DNA of 64,000 bases from a bacterium (GTDB taxonomy: Bacteria; Electryoneota; Electryoneia; Electryoneales; Electryoneaceae), in assembly GCA_963675295.2 (NCBI GenBank), contig CAXXKJ010000002.1, positions 2,016,001 to 2,080,000 of the forward strand, given 5' to 3'. Position numbers and translations under genes: made by a program. Positions 52,455 to 61,597 of the stretch are shown in pieces. The notes under the pieces were generated by a model, which was given only the letters and a program-made list of their open reading frames with translations, did not search any database and was not told the origin of the DNA. The first letter of the stretch is position 1; each line of letters starts with the position of its first letter.

Positions 52455-53255
52455 ATGGATCAGGCCCTGTACCTTCCAATTGTCGTATTTGCCACGCTGA
52501 TCGGCCTGGCGATCGGCAGCTTCTTGAACGTGGTAATCCACCGTGTCCCGGCGGGGGAGTCGATTGTGCATCCGCCGTCGCACTGCCCGTCCTGCGACCG
52601 GCAGATTCGGTGGTACGAGAACGTGCCGCTGCTGTCCTGGGTCCTGCTTGGCGGAAAATGCAAGGGCTGCCGGGCGCCGATATCCGCACGGTATCCTTTG
52701 GTGGAGTTGCTCGGCGGGCTGGTTCCACTATTGTGCCTGCTGGAATTCGGGCTGACGTGGAAAGCACTGCTCGGGATCGTGATGGGGTGGAACCTGATCG
52801 CGCTCGGATTCATTGACTTCGAAACCAAGCTGGTGCCGGACGTTCTCGTTCTGACGCTCGGCGTGCCGGGCCTGATTCTGCAGTTCCTCGCTGGATCGTG
52901 GTATGGCCTGATGATAGCGGTGGTATCCTCACTTATCCTCGGTGGATTTTTCTGGCTGACACGCAAACTCGCCAGCATGTGGATGGGGGAGGAGGCGATG
53001 GGCATGGGGGATGTGACACTGGCGCTGGGTATCGGTGTCTACCTGCACCCGCTGTTTCTGCCGGTGTTTCTGCTCATGGCGTCGATGTCGGTGCTGGTCG
53101 CGGCGTTGATCTGGGCATGGGTACGCAAGGTTTCGCTGCGTGAAGTGGAAATCCCGTTCGGCCCTGGCCTGGCGTTGGGCGGCTGGGTAACGTTCATCGC
53201 AGGACTGCCACTGATGGACGGTCTGATGCGGCTGGTACAACCAGTGCTGAATTGA
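52455..53255 (+). CDS. pilD: prepilin peptidase
   Basis: GSFLNVVIHRVP, CPSC/CKGC, RYPLVEL, FIDF, GMGD, IPFGP. Confidence 0.95.
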   Translation: MDQALYLPIVVFATLIGLAIGSFLNVVIHRVPAGESIVHPPSHCPSCDRQIRWYENVPLLSWVLLGGKCKGCRAPISARYPLVELLGGLVPLLCLLEFGLTWKALLGIVMGWNLIALGFIDFETKLVPDVLVLTLGVPGLILQFLAGSWYGLMIAVVSSLILGGFFWLTRKLASMWMGEEAMGMGDVTLALGIGVYLHPLFLPVFLLMASMSVLVAALIWAWVRKVSLREVEIPFGPGLALGGWVTFIAGLPLMDGLMRLVQPVLN

Positions 53256-53321
53256 AATCGGTTGAACTGGTCAGCGTTCGGGCAGCAAGAGACGGCGTTC
53301 AGGAATCGGGCAAGAGTAAGA

Positions 53322-53357
53322 GAAACGGGGCCACTTCGTTGGAAGCGGCCCCGTTTC
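53322..53357. terminator. bidirectional terminator
   Basis: GAAACGGGGCC...GGCCCCGTTTC between convergent genes. Confidence 0.7.
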
Positions 53358-53401
53358 GTATGCGGTGAATCAAGGCGTTCGCCATGAGTTCATGCGCTGC
53401 G

Positions 53402-55489
53402 TTACTTCATCAGGACCATCTTGCGGGTGGCGGAAACGTCGCCCGAAGACAGCTTGTAGAAGTAGACACCGCTGGCGAGGTCGCCGGCGTAGAAGTTGAC
53501 GGTGTGGGCACCCGCGCTCATGCCGCGGTCGACCAGCGTGGCAACTTCACGGCCAAGGACGTCGTAGACGGCCAGCTTGACCTTACCCGGGCTGGACAGG
53601 TTGAAGGCAATCTGCGTGCTCGGGTTGAACGGGTTCGGATAGTTCTGCTGCAGTTCGAACTGATCCGGGGTCAGGCTCTGGCTCTTTTCACCGACCGAGG
53701 TCAGGCCGAAGAAACCATCATCCGGATAGGTGGTCCAGTCATCCGGATCCTGATAGAAACCGGTCGAGTCGCGGTGCATCGGGTAGTTACGAACCCATTC
53801 CGCGTTGACATCGAAGGAGTCGATCAGGGCCTGCTTCATCACACGGTGGTAAACGAGCGGGTTGTTGGTCGGATCGCCAACCGGAGCGTCGCCACCCGGG
53901 GACGCGATGCCACCGTCGTAGTCCTTGGTGTAGAACAGGTGCAGGTAGTCACCGTCGCTGTTCAACGCCATGGTCATTTCACGCTCGGATTCGGTTTCAC
54001 CCGGGCCGAGGTTGGTGCCCATGTTACGGGTCTTGGTCACGTTGATCGGCTTCGCCCAGTGCTTACCCATGTCCGGGGAGGCAGTGATCCAGACGTCGGT
54101 CGCCTGCACGCCGTCATCGGAGCAATCCAGCGGCACAGCCTGCTCACCCTGGATTTCGTAGAGGCCGTCCTCACCGTACATCACGTACGCGCACCAGATC
54201 ACGTCGGTGTCGCTGTCCCAGTACAGGTTGCCATTACCGACCTGCTTCTCCCACTGCGCAGCTTCCATCGCGGTGGAGGAGTTGAAGTAATCCGCATCCT
54301 GAATCTGCACGAAGAGCTGATCCACGCTGTTCCAGTACCACTGACGGGAACCGAGGACCGAAATCGTACCTTCGTAGAAGTAGTAATTCTCGGTGTTGAA
54401 GGTGACGTGCAGGTTGTTGTCATCATCGTACACCATGTCGATTTCGGTGTAGCATCGCATGGTGTCGCCGTTGGCCGCGGTGGTATCCGGCAGGGCGCTC
54501 GGATCCGGGGCGATCCAGTTGGTCACGACCATCGCGTTTTCGGTGCCCCAGCTCCAGGTTTCACCGGCGTCGTCGCTCTCCCAGATCAGGATTTCGTTGT
54601 TGTGCTGGGTGTCTTCGCCTTCATCGTAGAGGTTGAAGCGGCTGACCATGTTGGCCACAGCCACGTTCATACCATCATCCGAGACGGCAAGGGCGTTGGA
54701 CAGGTTCATCGCAACGTCGGTCACGAGCACCTGGTTGTCGCCACCCGGGGTCGCGTTGGTGAAGGTTGCAATTGCCGGATCCAGCAGGGCACGGTTGTAG
54801 TAGAGACCGTCTTCCAGCAGGTTGTCCGGATCGTACTCGTTGAGCAGGGTGTGGACGTAGTAGTTGTCGTCCTCATCGTAGGCACCAACCGCGTGCGGCC
54901 ACATGGTGACAACGTCAACTTCCGGAATCGTCCAGGTGTTCCATACGTTCGGCACGAACGGGTTCGGCACGGCGTTGTAGGAATGGTATTCCTCACCGGC
55001 CGGCGGGCCACCGTGATAGGTCATCACCGGTACGTCATGTTCGGTAGCCAGGGTGATCACCTGATAACCACCAAATTCGCTACCAACGTTGGCCTGGCTG
55101 GACGTACCAACCTCAATGCTACCATCTTCGAGGAGGTTCGCACTGATGTAGTAGGCCTCGGAGGTACCACTTGAGGTTTCGCGGTAGCACCATGTCATGT
55201 GGACGGTGGTCGCATTGTCAACATAGTCGTCGACTTCAATCATGCGGCTCAACGTTGCGTTGTGCTGCATGTCACGCCACGTCATACCCACGATGACGGT
55301 GTCGCCGATGATCTCGTCCAATTCGTTGTGCGCGTTGTTCCAATCAACAACAAAGCCCGACTTGGCAGCCGGTTCATCGTTCAACTTCTTCGCCAGGACA
55401 TCCTGACTGATAACCGCGTCCGCCATCGCAGCAGTAGTCATCAGCATCACGAGCCCAAGCGTACACATCACTAACCACGCTCGCTTCAT
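53402..55489 (-). CDS. secreted Asp-box protein with C-terminal T9SS type A-like sorting domain, paralog A
   Basis: signal peptide ending AAMA; SDDAGETW and SPDMGKHW Asp-boxes; QNYPNPFNPST...KMVLMK. Confidence 0.85.
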   Translation of the reverse strand: MKRAWLVMCTLGLVMLMTTAAMADAVISQDVLAKKLNDEPAAKSGFVVDWNNAHNELDEIIGDTVIVGMTWRDMQHNATLSRMIEVDDYVDNATTVHMTWCYRETSSGTSEAYYISANLLEDGSIEVGTSSQANVGSEFGGYQVITLATEHDVPVMTYHGGPPAGEEYHSYNAVPNPFVPNVWNTWTIPEVDVVTMWPHAVGAYDEDDNYYVHTLLNEYDPDNLLEDGLYYNRALLDPAIATFTNATPGGDNQVLVTDVAMNLSNALAVSDDGMNVAVANMVSRFNLYDEGEDTQHNNEILIWESDDAGETWSWGTENAMVVTNWIAPDPSALPDTTAANGDTMRCYTEIDMVYDDDNNLHVTFNTENYYFYEGTISVLGSRQWYWNSVDQLFVQIQDADYFNSSTAMEAAQWEKQVGNGNLYWDSDTDVIWCAYVMYGEDGLYEIQGEQAVPLDCSDDGVQATDVWITASPDMGKHWAKPINVTKTRNMGTNLGPGETESEREMTMALNSDGDYLHLFYTKDYDGGIASPGGDAPVGDPTNNPLVYHRVMKQALIDSFDVNAEWVRNYPMHRDSTGFYQDPDDWTTYPDDGFFGLTSVGEKSQSLTPDQFELQQNYPNPFNPSTQIAFNLSSPGKVKLAVYDVLGREVATLVDRGMSAGAHTVNFYAGDLASGVYFYKLSSGDVSATRKMVLMK

Positions 55490-56035
55490 GTTCTCTTCCT
55501 TTCGGTGTTCACATCGAACTACACAGAATCCCGGCTCGCACAGAGTTCGGTTGAACGAGTACAGCCGGTTTTTACGTACGGTATTGGTAGTTCCGCTAGA
55601 AGAACCAAATAGTATAACATTGAGGACGGAAAGGAAAGAGAAAACTCCGCGGAAATGCCTTGTTCGCTCTACTGTTCTCACCCGCCCTTCCTCTTTAACC
55701 TAAAACAAAAGGGGAGTAGATCCAAATTTCCCGCGTCCAATTGCGAGTATGCGCTAACTCGGGCTCTAAGCGGTCTCTTTTTCGAATGAAATCGCGATAA
55801 TACCGTGGCTCTACTTGTCCTGCCGAGTGGTGAGACGGTTCGCACGCGAGTATATTAGCTGGATCATTCTTGAAGCATGGGGCATCAAGATACGGCCTGC
55901 GCGGGGTCGGTACACGGTAAACCAGATAGCGAAATCGGACCCGGGATCGACAATCCAAGCGATCCCTGAGCGGTCAACGGTATCCGCTCAGAGGCAGTTT
56001 TCCGGGTAAGATTTCCCTCAGGCACTGATCTGTTC

Positions 56036-56063
56036 TTGCATTTCCCTTGGCAGCGTATACATT
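56036..56063 (+). promoter_or_regulatory. putative promoter of paralog B
   Basis: TTGCAT-N16-TACATT. Confidence 0.4.
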
Positions 56064-56206
56064 AAAAGAGGGGCAGGGTTTGTTTGGCTGTGACGCCGGT
56101 CCGGAGTCATAGCGTCAGATTCAGTTCAAGCCCCAAGCGCAAAGCAACAACTCCAAATAGGAAGAGACAGGGTCCAACCTAGGTTAGGGGTACTAACGGA
56201 GGGAGC

Positions 56207-58321
56207 ATGAAGAGCTTTTTGAGCCTGGTATTGGCTTTACTGCTGGCTGTCACGGTAACCGGCTTTGCCGATTCGAATGTGGACGCCAAAAAGTATGATA
56301 CGTCAAATCCGCTGCCACTGCTTCGCGGTGATGAGGAAGTGAACGTTCCGGTTGATATGCCGGGCTTCACTCCGCGCGTGGGCGAACTTGACGAACTGAT
56401 CGGCGACACGCTTATCGTCGGCTTCTCGGCCTGGGATGCGCAGCACAACGGTAGTTCCGGCCGCATGATCGGTTTCTATCCCGGTAGTGGCGATGACTGG
56501 GAAGCGTACGTTGTATATTCCAAATTGGATGGGATTTCGACCGCAAACCCACGCCACGTCCATTACACTCGGGTCATGGATGACGGCCAGGGCGGGTTGA
56601 TGATGGCCCCGAACCCGAGCCAGGTGTGTGAAACCGACTACCGCAGTGGTTACACCACGTTGGTGTTTGACTACGAAAACAACGTTGGGTATCCGACGTT
56701 CCACGTGGCCGAAAACAACGGTGATGATTTTGTTGCGGCTGCAGTCGTGCAGAATCCCTTTGTGCCGACGATTTTCAACTCGTTCGACGTTCCTCCGTAC
56801 GGTGATGTCGAACGCATCTGGCCGCACTCGGTGTTTGGTACGACCAACCACGTTCACATGATCATGCACGAAAGCCGTCAGGACGACGCGACGGCTGTCA
56901 CCGCGGCGAGCTACTTCCGTTTCATTCCGGATCCTGTGACCGGCACGATGACCCCGGACATGAGCGATGGCGAGCAGTTCATTTTCCCGGAAATCATGAT
57001 GAACATTTCGACGGATCTGACCGTCGACATGACCGGTGACAACCTCGCGCTCGGCATGGCTGTCAGCCGTTTTGCCACGATTGGCGAAGACTTCCGTGAG
57101 CCGGGTGCTGATGATCAGGTCAACAACGACCTGTACATCTATCTAAGTGATGACGCTGGCGAAACCTGGGATACGGACAACCCGATTGACGTAACTCAGT
57201 TCATTCCGATCCAACCGGCAGCGTTGCCGGATACGGTAACCGCGAATCAGGATACGTTCCGTGCATACACCGACTGCTCAGTGATCTTCGATGCGGAAAA
57301 CAATCTGCATGCCGCGTTCACCGTGGGTGAATTCTATTTCTACGGCTATCCAGGGATTCCTGATCTGGACGCGACGGTTACCGGGCGCATCTTCCACCAC
57401 ATGGAACGTGGTGACTCCTCGGTGTGGACGCAGATCAACAACCAGCCGTTTGTCGTTCGCCCGGAAGGCTGGGCGCGTACGACGGACCGTCCGAACCTGT
57501 TCTACGACATGGATACGGACATTCTCTGGTGCACGTTCCGAGCCATGGACGGCGGTCCTGATACGACGGACTTCAAGACCCAGGCTGATGACTTGCCCTA
57601 CGGCAATGCGGACATTTATGTGACCGCCAGCCCGCCGGGACAGTACAACGGATTACTGTGGACGAAGCCGATCAACATCACCAACACCATCTGGACCGAT
57701 CCGAATGTGGAACCGGTTCCGGGCCAGAGCCAGAGCGAATCGGATCCGACGATTCCGTTGCGCTGCGAAGGTGAGTACCTCATGATCTCGTATCTGAAGG
57801 ATCTGGATCCGGGTACTGCCATTGCCGGCAATGATCAGGCGGTTGGTGAGATGACGCAGAATCCGATGGTTGTCCAGCGTGTCTCGAAGCAGATGCTGCT
57901 TGACATGTTCGATGACAATGCCGAGTGGCAGCACAACTACCCGATGCACATTGACAGCACGGGCTTCTGGCAGGATCCGTACGACTACGAATGGGAAGGA
58001 CAGGGTGGTTTCTATCGTCCAGGTTCCGTTGGTGATGCGAGCAGCAGCCTGCAACCGCATGAAATTGACCTGAAGCAGAACTACCCGAACCCGTTCAACC
58101 CGTCGACGAAGATCGCGTTCTCGCTGGATCGTCCGGCGAACGTGAAGCTTGCCGTTTACGACGTACTCGGTCGTGAAGTGGTGACGCTGCTCAACCGTGG
58201 CATGAGCGCTGGTTCGCACAACGTGCTGTTCCTCGCGGAAGACTTGCCGAGTGGCGTGTACTTCTACAAGCTGAACGCCAATGGCACAGAGAAGACCCGC
58301 AAGATGGTGCTGCTGAAGTAA
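56207..58321 (+). CDS. secreted Asp-box protein with C-terminal T9SS type A-like sorting domain, paralog B
   Basis: signal peptide ending TGFA; LSDDAGETW; QNYPNPFNPST...KMVLLK; collinear with paralog A. Confidence 0.85.
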   Translation: MKSFLSLVLALLLAVTVTGFADSNVDAKKYDTSNPLPLLRGDEEVNVPVDMPGFTPRVGELDELIGDTLIVGFSAWDAQHNGSSGRMIGFYPGSGDDWEAYVVYSKLDGISTANPRHVHYTRVMDDGQGGLMMAPNPSQVCETDYRSGYTTLVFDYENNVGYPTFHVAENNGDDFVAAAVVQNPFVPTIFNSFDVPPYGDVERIWPHSVFGTTNHVHMIMHESRQDDATAVTAASYFRFIPDPVTGTMTPDMSDGEQFIFPEIMMNISTDLTVDMTGDNLALGMAVSRFATIGEDFREPGADDQVNNDLYIYLSDDAGETWDTDNPIDVTQFIPIQPAALPDTVTANQDTFRAYTDCSVIFDAENNLHAAFTVGEFYFYGYPGIPDLDATVTGRIFHHMERGDSSVWTQINNQPFVVRPEGWARTTDRPNLFYDMDTDILWCTFRAMDGGPDTTDFKTQADDLPYGNADIYVTASPPGQYNGLLWTKPINITNTIWTDPNVEPVPGQSQSESDPTIPLRCEGEYLMISYLKDLDPGTAIAGNDQAVGEMTQNPMVVQRVSKQMLLDMFDDNAEWQHNYPMHIDSTGFWQDPYDYEWEGQGGFYRPGSVGDASSSLQPHEIDLKQNYPNPFNPSTKIAFSLDRPANVKLAVYDVLGREVVTLLNRGMSAGSHNVLFLAEDLPSGVYFYKLNANGTEKTRKMVLLK

Positions 58322-58347
58322 CTGCGGCCCAGACCTGATGTGATATC

Positions 58348-58376
58348 ACGGCCCTCGACAACGAGGGCCGTTTTTC
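58348..58376 (+). terminator. intrinsic terminator
   Basis: ACGGCCCTCG-ACAA-CGAGGGCCGT TTTT. Confidence 0.8.
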
Positions 58377-58461
58377 ATGATGTCGTGGGAAAGTGCAGGT
58401 ACCGTTAGAGGGCTGCGAAAAGGGGGACGATCGAGTGTCCCCGGATAATTCTCACGGGTGG

Positions 58462-58490
58462 TTGTCTCCGGTCGGATCGGGGTCTACTTT
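58462..58490 (+). promoter_or_regulatory. putative promoter of the nuclease gene
   Basis: TTGTCT-N17-TACTTT. Confidence 0.45.
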
Positions 58491-58517
58491 ACGGCTCCAC
58501 AGTCCTTGGAGAGGTAG

Positions 58518-59669
58518 ATGCATTTGGTAACCCGTAAAGTCTTGATCACGCTGATTTTGTGCTTGTTCAGCGTGACGTTTGTGCACGCGCAGCTTGTGCA
58601 GCGGCGCGGCTCAGATACAACGATCGACATCGCCACGTGGAACCTGAAACAATTCCCGTTGACTGGCGCGACAACCACCACGCTGGTCGGCCTGATGGTC
58701 GGCGATCTCGAACTCGATGTGATTGGTCTGCAGGAAATCGTCGATGTGGACGCCTTGAACCAGGCCGCGCAGACAGCGGGTGGTTGGAGCGCGTTAACGA
58801 CGCAGCCATATGCCGGAGATATCCGCATCGGCGTGCTGTACAAGAACTCGAAGGTGGACTTGACCGGTGCGCCGTATGTCATCATCGGCAACCAGTTTAC
58901 GCGCAACCCGTACGTCATACCGATGGAAGTCACGGAAAACGAGACTACCATTGCGTTTAACCTGGTCGTCGTTCATCTCAAGGCGTACAACACGCCGGAT
59001 GACATTCAGACCCGCCGCATCGAGCTGGGCGCATTGAAGGATTTCATTGATCCGCAGCTGGGTGACGAACCGAACTGGATCGTCGTCGGCGACTTCAACG
59101 ATGAACTGGACGATCCGGAATCGTGGAACGTGTTCCTCGATTTCCTCGACGATGACAACTACGAATTTCTCACTCTTCCCATGGCGGGGGACCCGCAGCA
59201 GGCATCGTATCCGGGTTACAGTTCGTTGATCGATCACATTCTGATTACGTCCAGCTTGCTGGACGAATATGGCGACAACGGGTTGACGGAAACGCTCCGG
59301 CTCGATGATGAGCTGTCCAACTACCTGACCACGGTCAGCGATCACCGGCCGGTGGCGTCCTACTTCCCGGCGACAGACGCCTACGTCGGAGAAAGCTGGA
59401 GCAGTGCCCAACCGGCATTGCCGACGATCACGTTGTGGCCGGTTCCGAGCAACGCGTCGGTGACAGTGCGCTATGAGCTGCCGGGACGTGCCGCCGCGCG
59501 GATGTACGTGTACGATCTGCTCGGGCGTGTGGTCGCGCAACAGGCGCTGGCGTCCGCGAGTGGGCGGGTTGTCTGGGACGCGCAAACGGTTCCGTCCGGG
59601 ATGTACGTGGTCAAGGTCGAGGGCGGTGACGGCCAGTCGGTGCAGGCGCGTGCGGTGGTGTTGAAGTAA
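58518..59669 (+). CDS. secreted endonuclease/exonuclease/phosphatase (DNase I-like) with C-terminal sorting domain
   Basis: IATWNL, GLQEI, VHLKA, VGDFND, IDHILI, SDHRPV; C-terminal VYDLLGRVV...SGMYVV. Confidence 0.9.
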   Translation: MHLVTRKVLITLILCLFSVTFVHAQLVQRRGSDTTIDIATWNLKQFPLTGATTTTLVGLMVGDLELDVIGLQEIVDVDALNQAAQTAGGWSALTTQPYAGDIRIGVLYKNSKVDLTGAPYVIIGNQFTRNPYVIPMEVTENETTIAFNLVVVHLKAYNTPDDIQTRRIELGALKDFIDPQLGDEPNWIVVGDFNDELDDPESWNVFLDFLDDDNYEFLTLPMAGDPQQASYPGYSSLIDHILITSSLLDEYGDNGLTETLRLDDELSNYLTTVSDHRPVASYFPATDAYVGESWSSAQPALPTITLWPVPSNASVTVRYELPGRAAARMYVYDLLGRVVAQQALASASGRVVWDAQTVPSGMYVVKVEGGDGQSVQARAVVLK

Positions 59670-59829
59670 GACGTGAGTGCGTCGGGTGTTCGGCGGGTGA
59701 GTGTTTTGTCGCGGCAGGTGTCTCTCGGAGGCCTCAGTCCATCCCCACGAGACGCTTTCTCATATGATATTCTGGATTGTATCCAATGCGTCGGAGAACC
59801 TTCCGGCGCTTGTGCCTTAAGGAGGAATA

Positions 59830-60612
59830 ATGCCGAAGAAGTGGACGGCTGAAGACGAAGCATATCTCGTCGCAAACTACAACAAGGTTCCGATTCAGGA
59901 ACTGGCGAAGCAGTTCGGCGTCAGCAAGAAGGCTGTGCGCGTCAAGTACGGCAAGTTGCGGAATCGTTCCGACTTCCTGCAGTTGGCCCAGAAGGCTCCG
60001 GATGAGCCGCCGCCGCCGACTCCGACGACGCAGCCGCGTGGTCCGCGCAAATGGAGCGAGGACGACGAGCGCTACCTGCTCGCGAACTACAACACGATGA
60101 GCCTCGATGAGTTGGCGCGTCACTTTGGCGTGACCAAGAAGGCTGTCCGTGTGAAGTACGGCAAGATCAAGCACAAGGCCGCCGAGCTGGTTCCGGACCA
60201 GAGTGTCAGCGAAGCGGAGCAGCTGCAGGTCGGTCCGCGCAAGTGGACGGAAGAGGACGAGAGCTTCCTGCTCGCTCATTATGAGGATCTCGGCCCGGAC
60301 GCGATGGCGGAACACTTCGGCATCACCCGCAGCCAGGTGCACCAGAAGTACACGGCGGTGAAGGAGAAGCGCCGTCCTACGTTGCACATCCCGCGCATGC
60401 GTGGCGAGGCACCGAAGAAGTCGCTGGTGCAGCAGGTTCGCAAGCGCAAGCCGACCACACCTCTGGTCTCGATGTCGCTGTCGTCCACGATTGCGCGTGT
60501 CGAGGAGCAGATGTCGGAGGTCGAGGGCAGTGTCCCGACCCACATCCATATCATGACCGAAGATGGCTGGAAGCCTCTCGAGATGAGCAAGGGACGGGTC
60601 AGTCGCTCCTGA
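59830..60612 (+). CDS. putative DNA-binding protein with three Myb/SANT-like HTH repeats
   Basis: three KW(T/S)xED...ELAxxFGxxxxAV repeats; strong RBS AAGGAGG. Confidence 0.75.
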   Translation: MPKKWTAEDEAYLVANYNKVPIQELAKQFGVSKKAVRVKYGKLRNRSDFLQLAQKAPDEPPPPTPTTQPRGPRKWSEDDERYLLANYNTMSLDELARHFGVTKKAVRVKYGKIKHKAAELVPDQSVSEAEQLQVGPRKWTEEDESFLLAHYEDLGPDAMAEHFGITRSQVHQKYTAVKEKRRPTLHIPRMRGEAPKKSLVQQVRKRKPTTPLVSMSLSSTIARVEEQMSEVEGSVPTHIHIMTEDGWKPLEMSKGRVSRS

Positions 60613-60639
60613 TGGGTGTTGGAAAACCAAGGCATTACA

Positions 60640-60666
60640 GGGAGCCCGAGCGGTTCCCTTTTCTTC
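60640..60666 (+). terminator. probable intrinsic terminator
   Basis: GGGAGCC-CGAGC-GGTTCCC TTTTCTT. Confidence 0.55.
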
Positions 60667-60750
60667 TCGGAGGAAATTGCTTGCAACCATGCGTGATTCG
60701 GTTGCATGATTCGGCGTTGACGTTGCTTTGACCTTGTTCGCGGAGAGAGG

Positions 60751-61047
60751 ATGGAAGAGACGATTCATGCTCGTCACCCGGACCCCGATAAGCAGGGCGT
60801 GAGCATCAGCAAATCAAAATATAACCTGATGCGCTCTGCGATTGAAGCGGCACTGACGAACGAAGATGAACTCACCTTCATCGAGTTGACCAATAAAGTG
60901 CGGAAGAGTCTGACGGGTTCGTTCGACGGTTCGATAGAATGGTACCTGGTGACGGTCAAGCTTGACCTCGAAGCCCAGGGAATCATCGAACGCATCCCGG
61001 GCCGGACTCAGCGATTGCGTCTCGTTCAGGAGCCTGCGGAGGGGTAA
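60751..61047 (+). CDS. small hypothetical protein (DUF6958-like, wHTH fold)
   Basis: HPDPDKQGVSISKSKY, FDGSIEWYLVTVKLDLEAQGIIER. Confidence 0.72.
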   Translation: MEETIHARHPDPDKQGVSISKSKYNLMRSAIEAALTNEDELTFIELTNKVRKSLTGSFDGSIEWYLVTVKLDLEAQGIIERIPGRTQRLRLVQEPAEG

Positions 61048-61055
61048 CACCGGTT

Positions 61056-61376
61056 GTGACAGATGTACGACTTGCACTTGTGACTGTACCCGCCGACGGT
61101 TCGACGGGGCAAACATTGGCGCGTCAGCTGGTGGAAGAGAAGCTGGCGGCCTGTGTCAACCGTCTCATCGGCGCGGTTTCCACGTACATGTGGGACGGTG
61201 AGTTGAATGAGGACGGGGAAGAGGTGCTGCTGATCAAGACGACAGCGGAGAAGGCGTCCCGTCTGATCGAACGCATCTCGGAATTGCACCCGTACGACGT
61301 GCCGGAAGTGCTGCTGTTCAACATTGAGGACGGCCTGCCCGCCTACCTCGACTGGGTACGCGGTGAGTGCGGGTGA
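61056..61376 (+). CDS. cutA: divalent-cation tolerance protein CutA
   Basis: LVEEKLAACVN, YMWDG, IKT, HPYDVPE, YLDW. Confidence 0.93.
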   Translation: MTDVRLALVTVPADGSTGQTLARQLVEEKLAACVNRLIGAVSTYMWDGELNEDGEEVLLIKTTAEKASRLIERISELHPYDVPEVLLFNIEDGLPAYLDWVRGECG

Positions 61377-61402
61377 TGTGAGTTACGGTTGTGATGATTA
61401 AT

Positions 61403-61439
61403 CGGGATCGGCTGGTTCAGCCGGTCCCGGTTTTTGTTT
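61403..61439 (+). terminator. intrinsic terminator
   Basis: CGGGATCGGCTG-GTT-CAGCCGGTCCCG G TTTTTG. Confidence 0.75.
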
Positions 61440-61597
61440 GCCACCTTCTGTGATCCCCGATGCCCGCGGGAGCTGCTGTTCGCTACCGCGGACGATCCAC
61501 CGTCCATTGTTCCGCAGTAGGAAACCTTCCGCGGGCATCAAATTGTCCATCCTCCCGACGTATATTGCCATATCTCTCGAATCCACCGAGGCGCCCA

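Noticed and set aside
32986-53255. Type II secretion system as the primary call
   Set aside because: PilT with AVRNLIRE and a separate PilM/PilN pair indicate a retractile type IVa pilus.
53384-55174. 596-aa plus-strand ORF opposite Asp-box paralog A
   Set aside because: The minus-strand gene has a signal peptide, a sorting domain and a paralog; this ORF has none.
55490-56206. Short ORFs or an invertible promoter switch between the divergent paralogs
   Set aside because: The ORFs lack RBS and motifs, and no flanking inverted repeats or invertase were seen.
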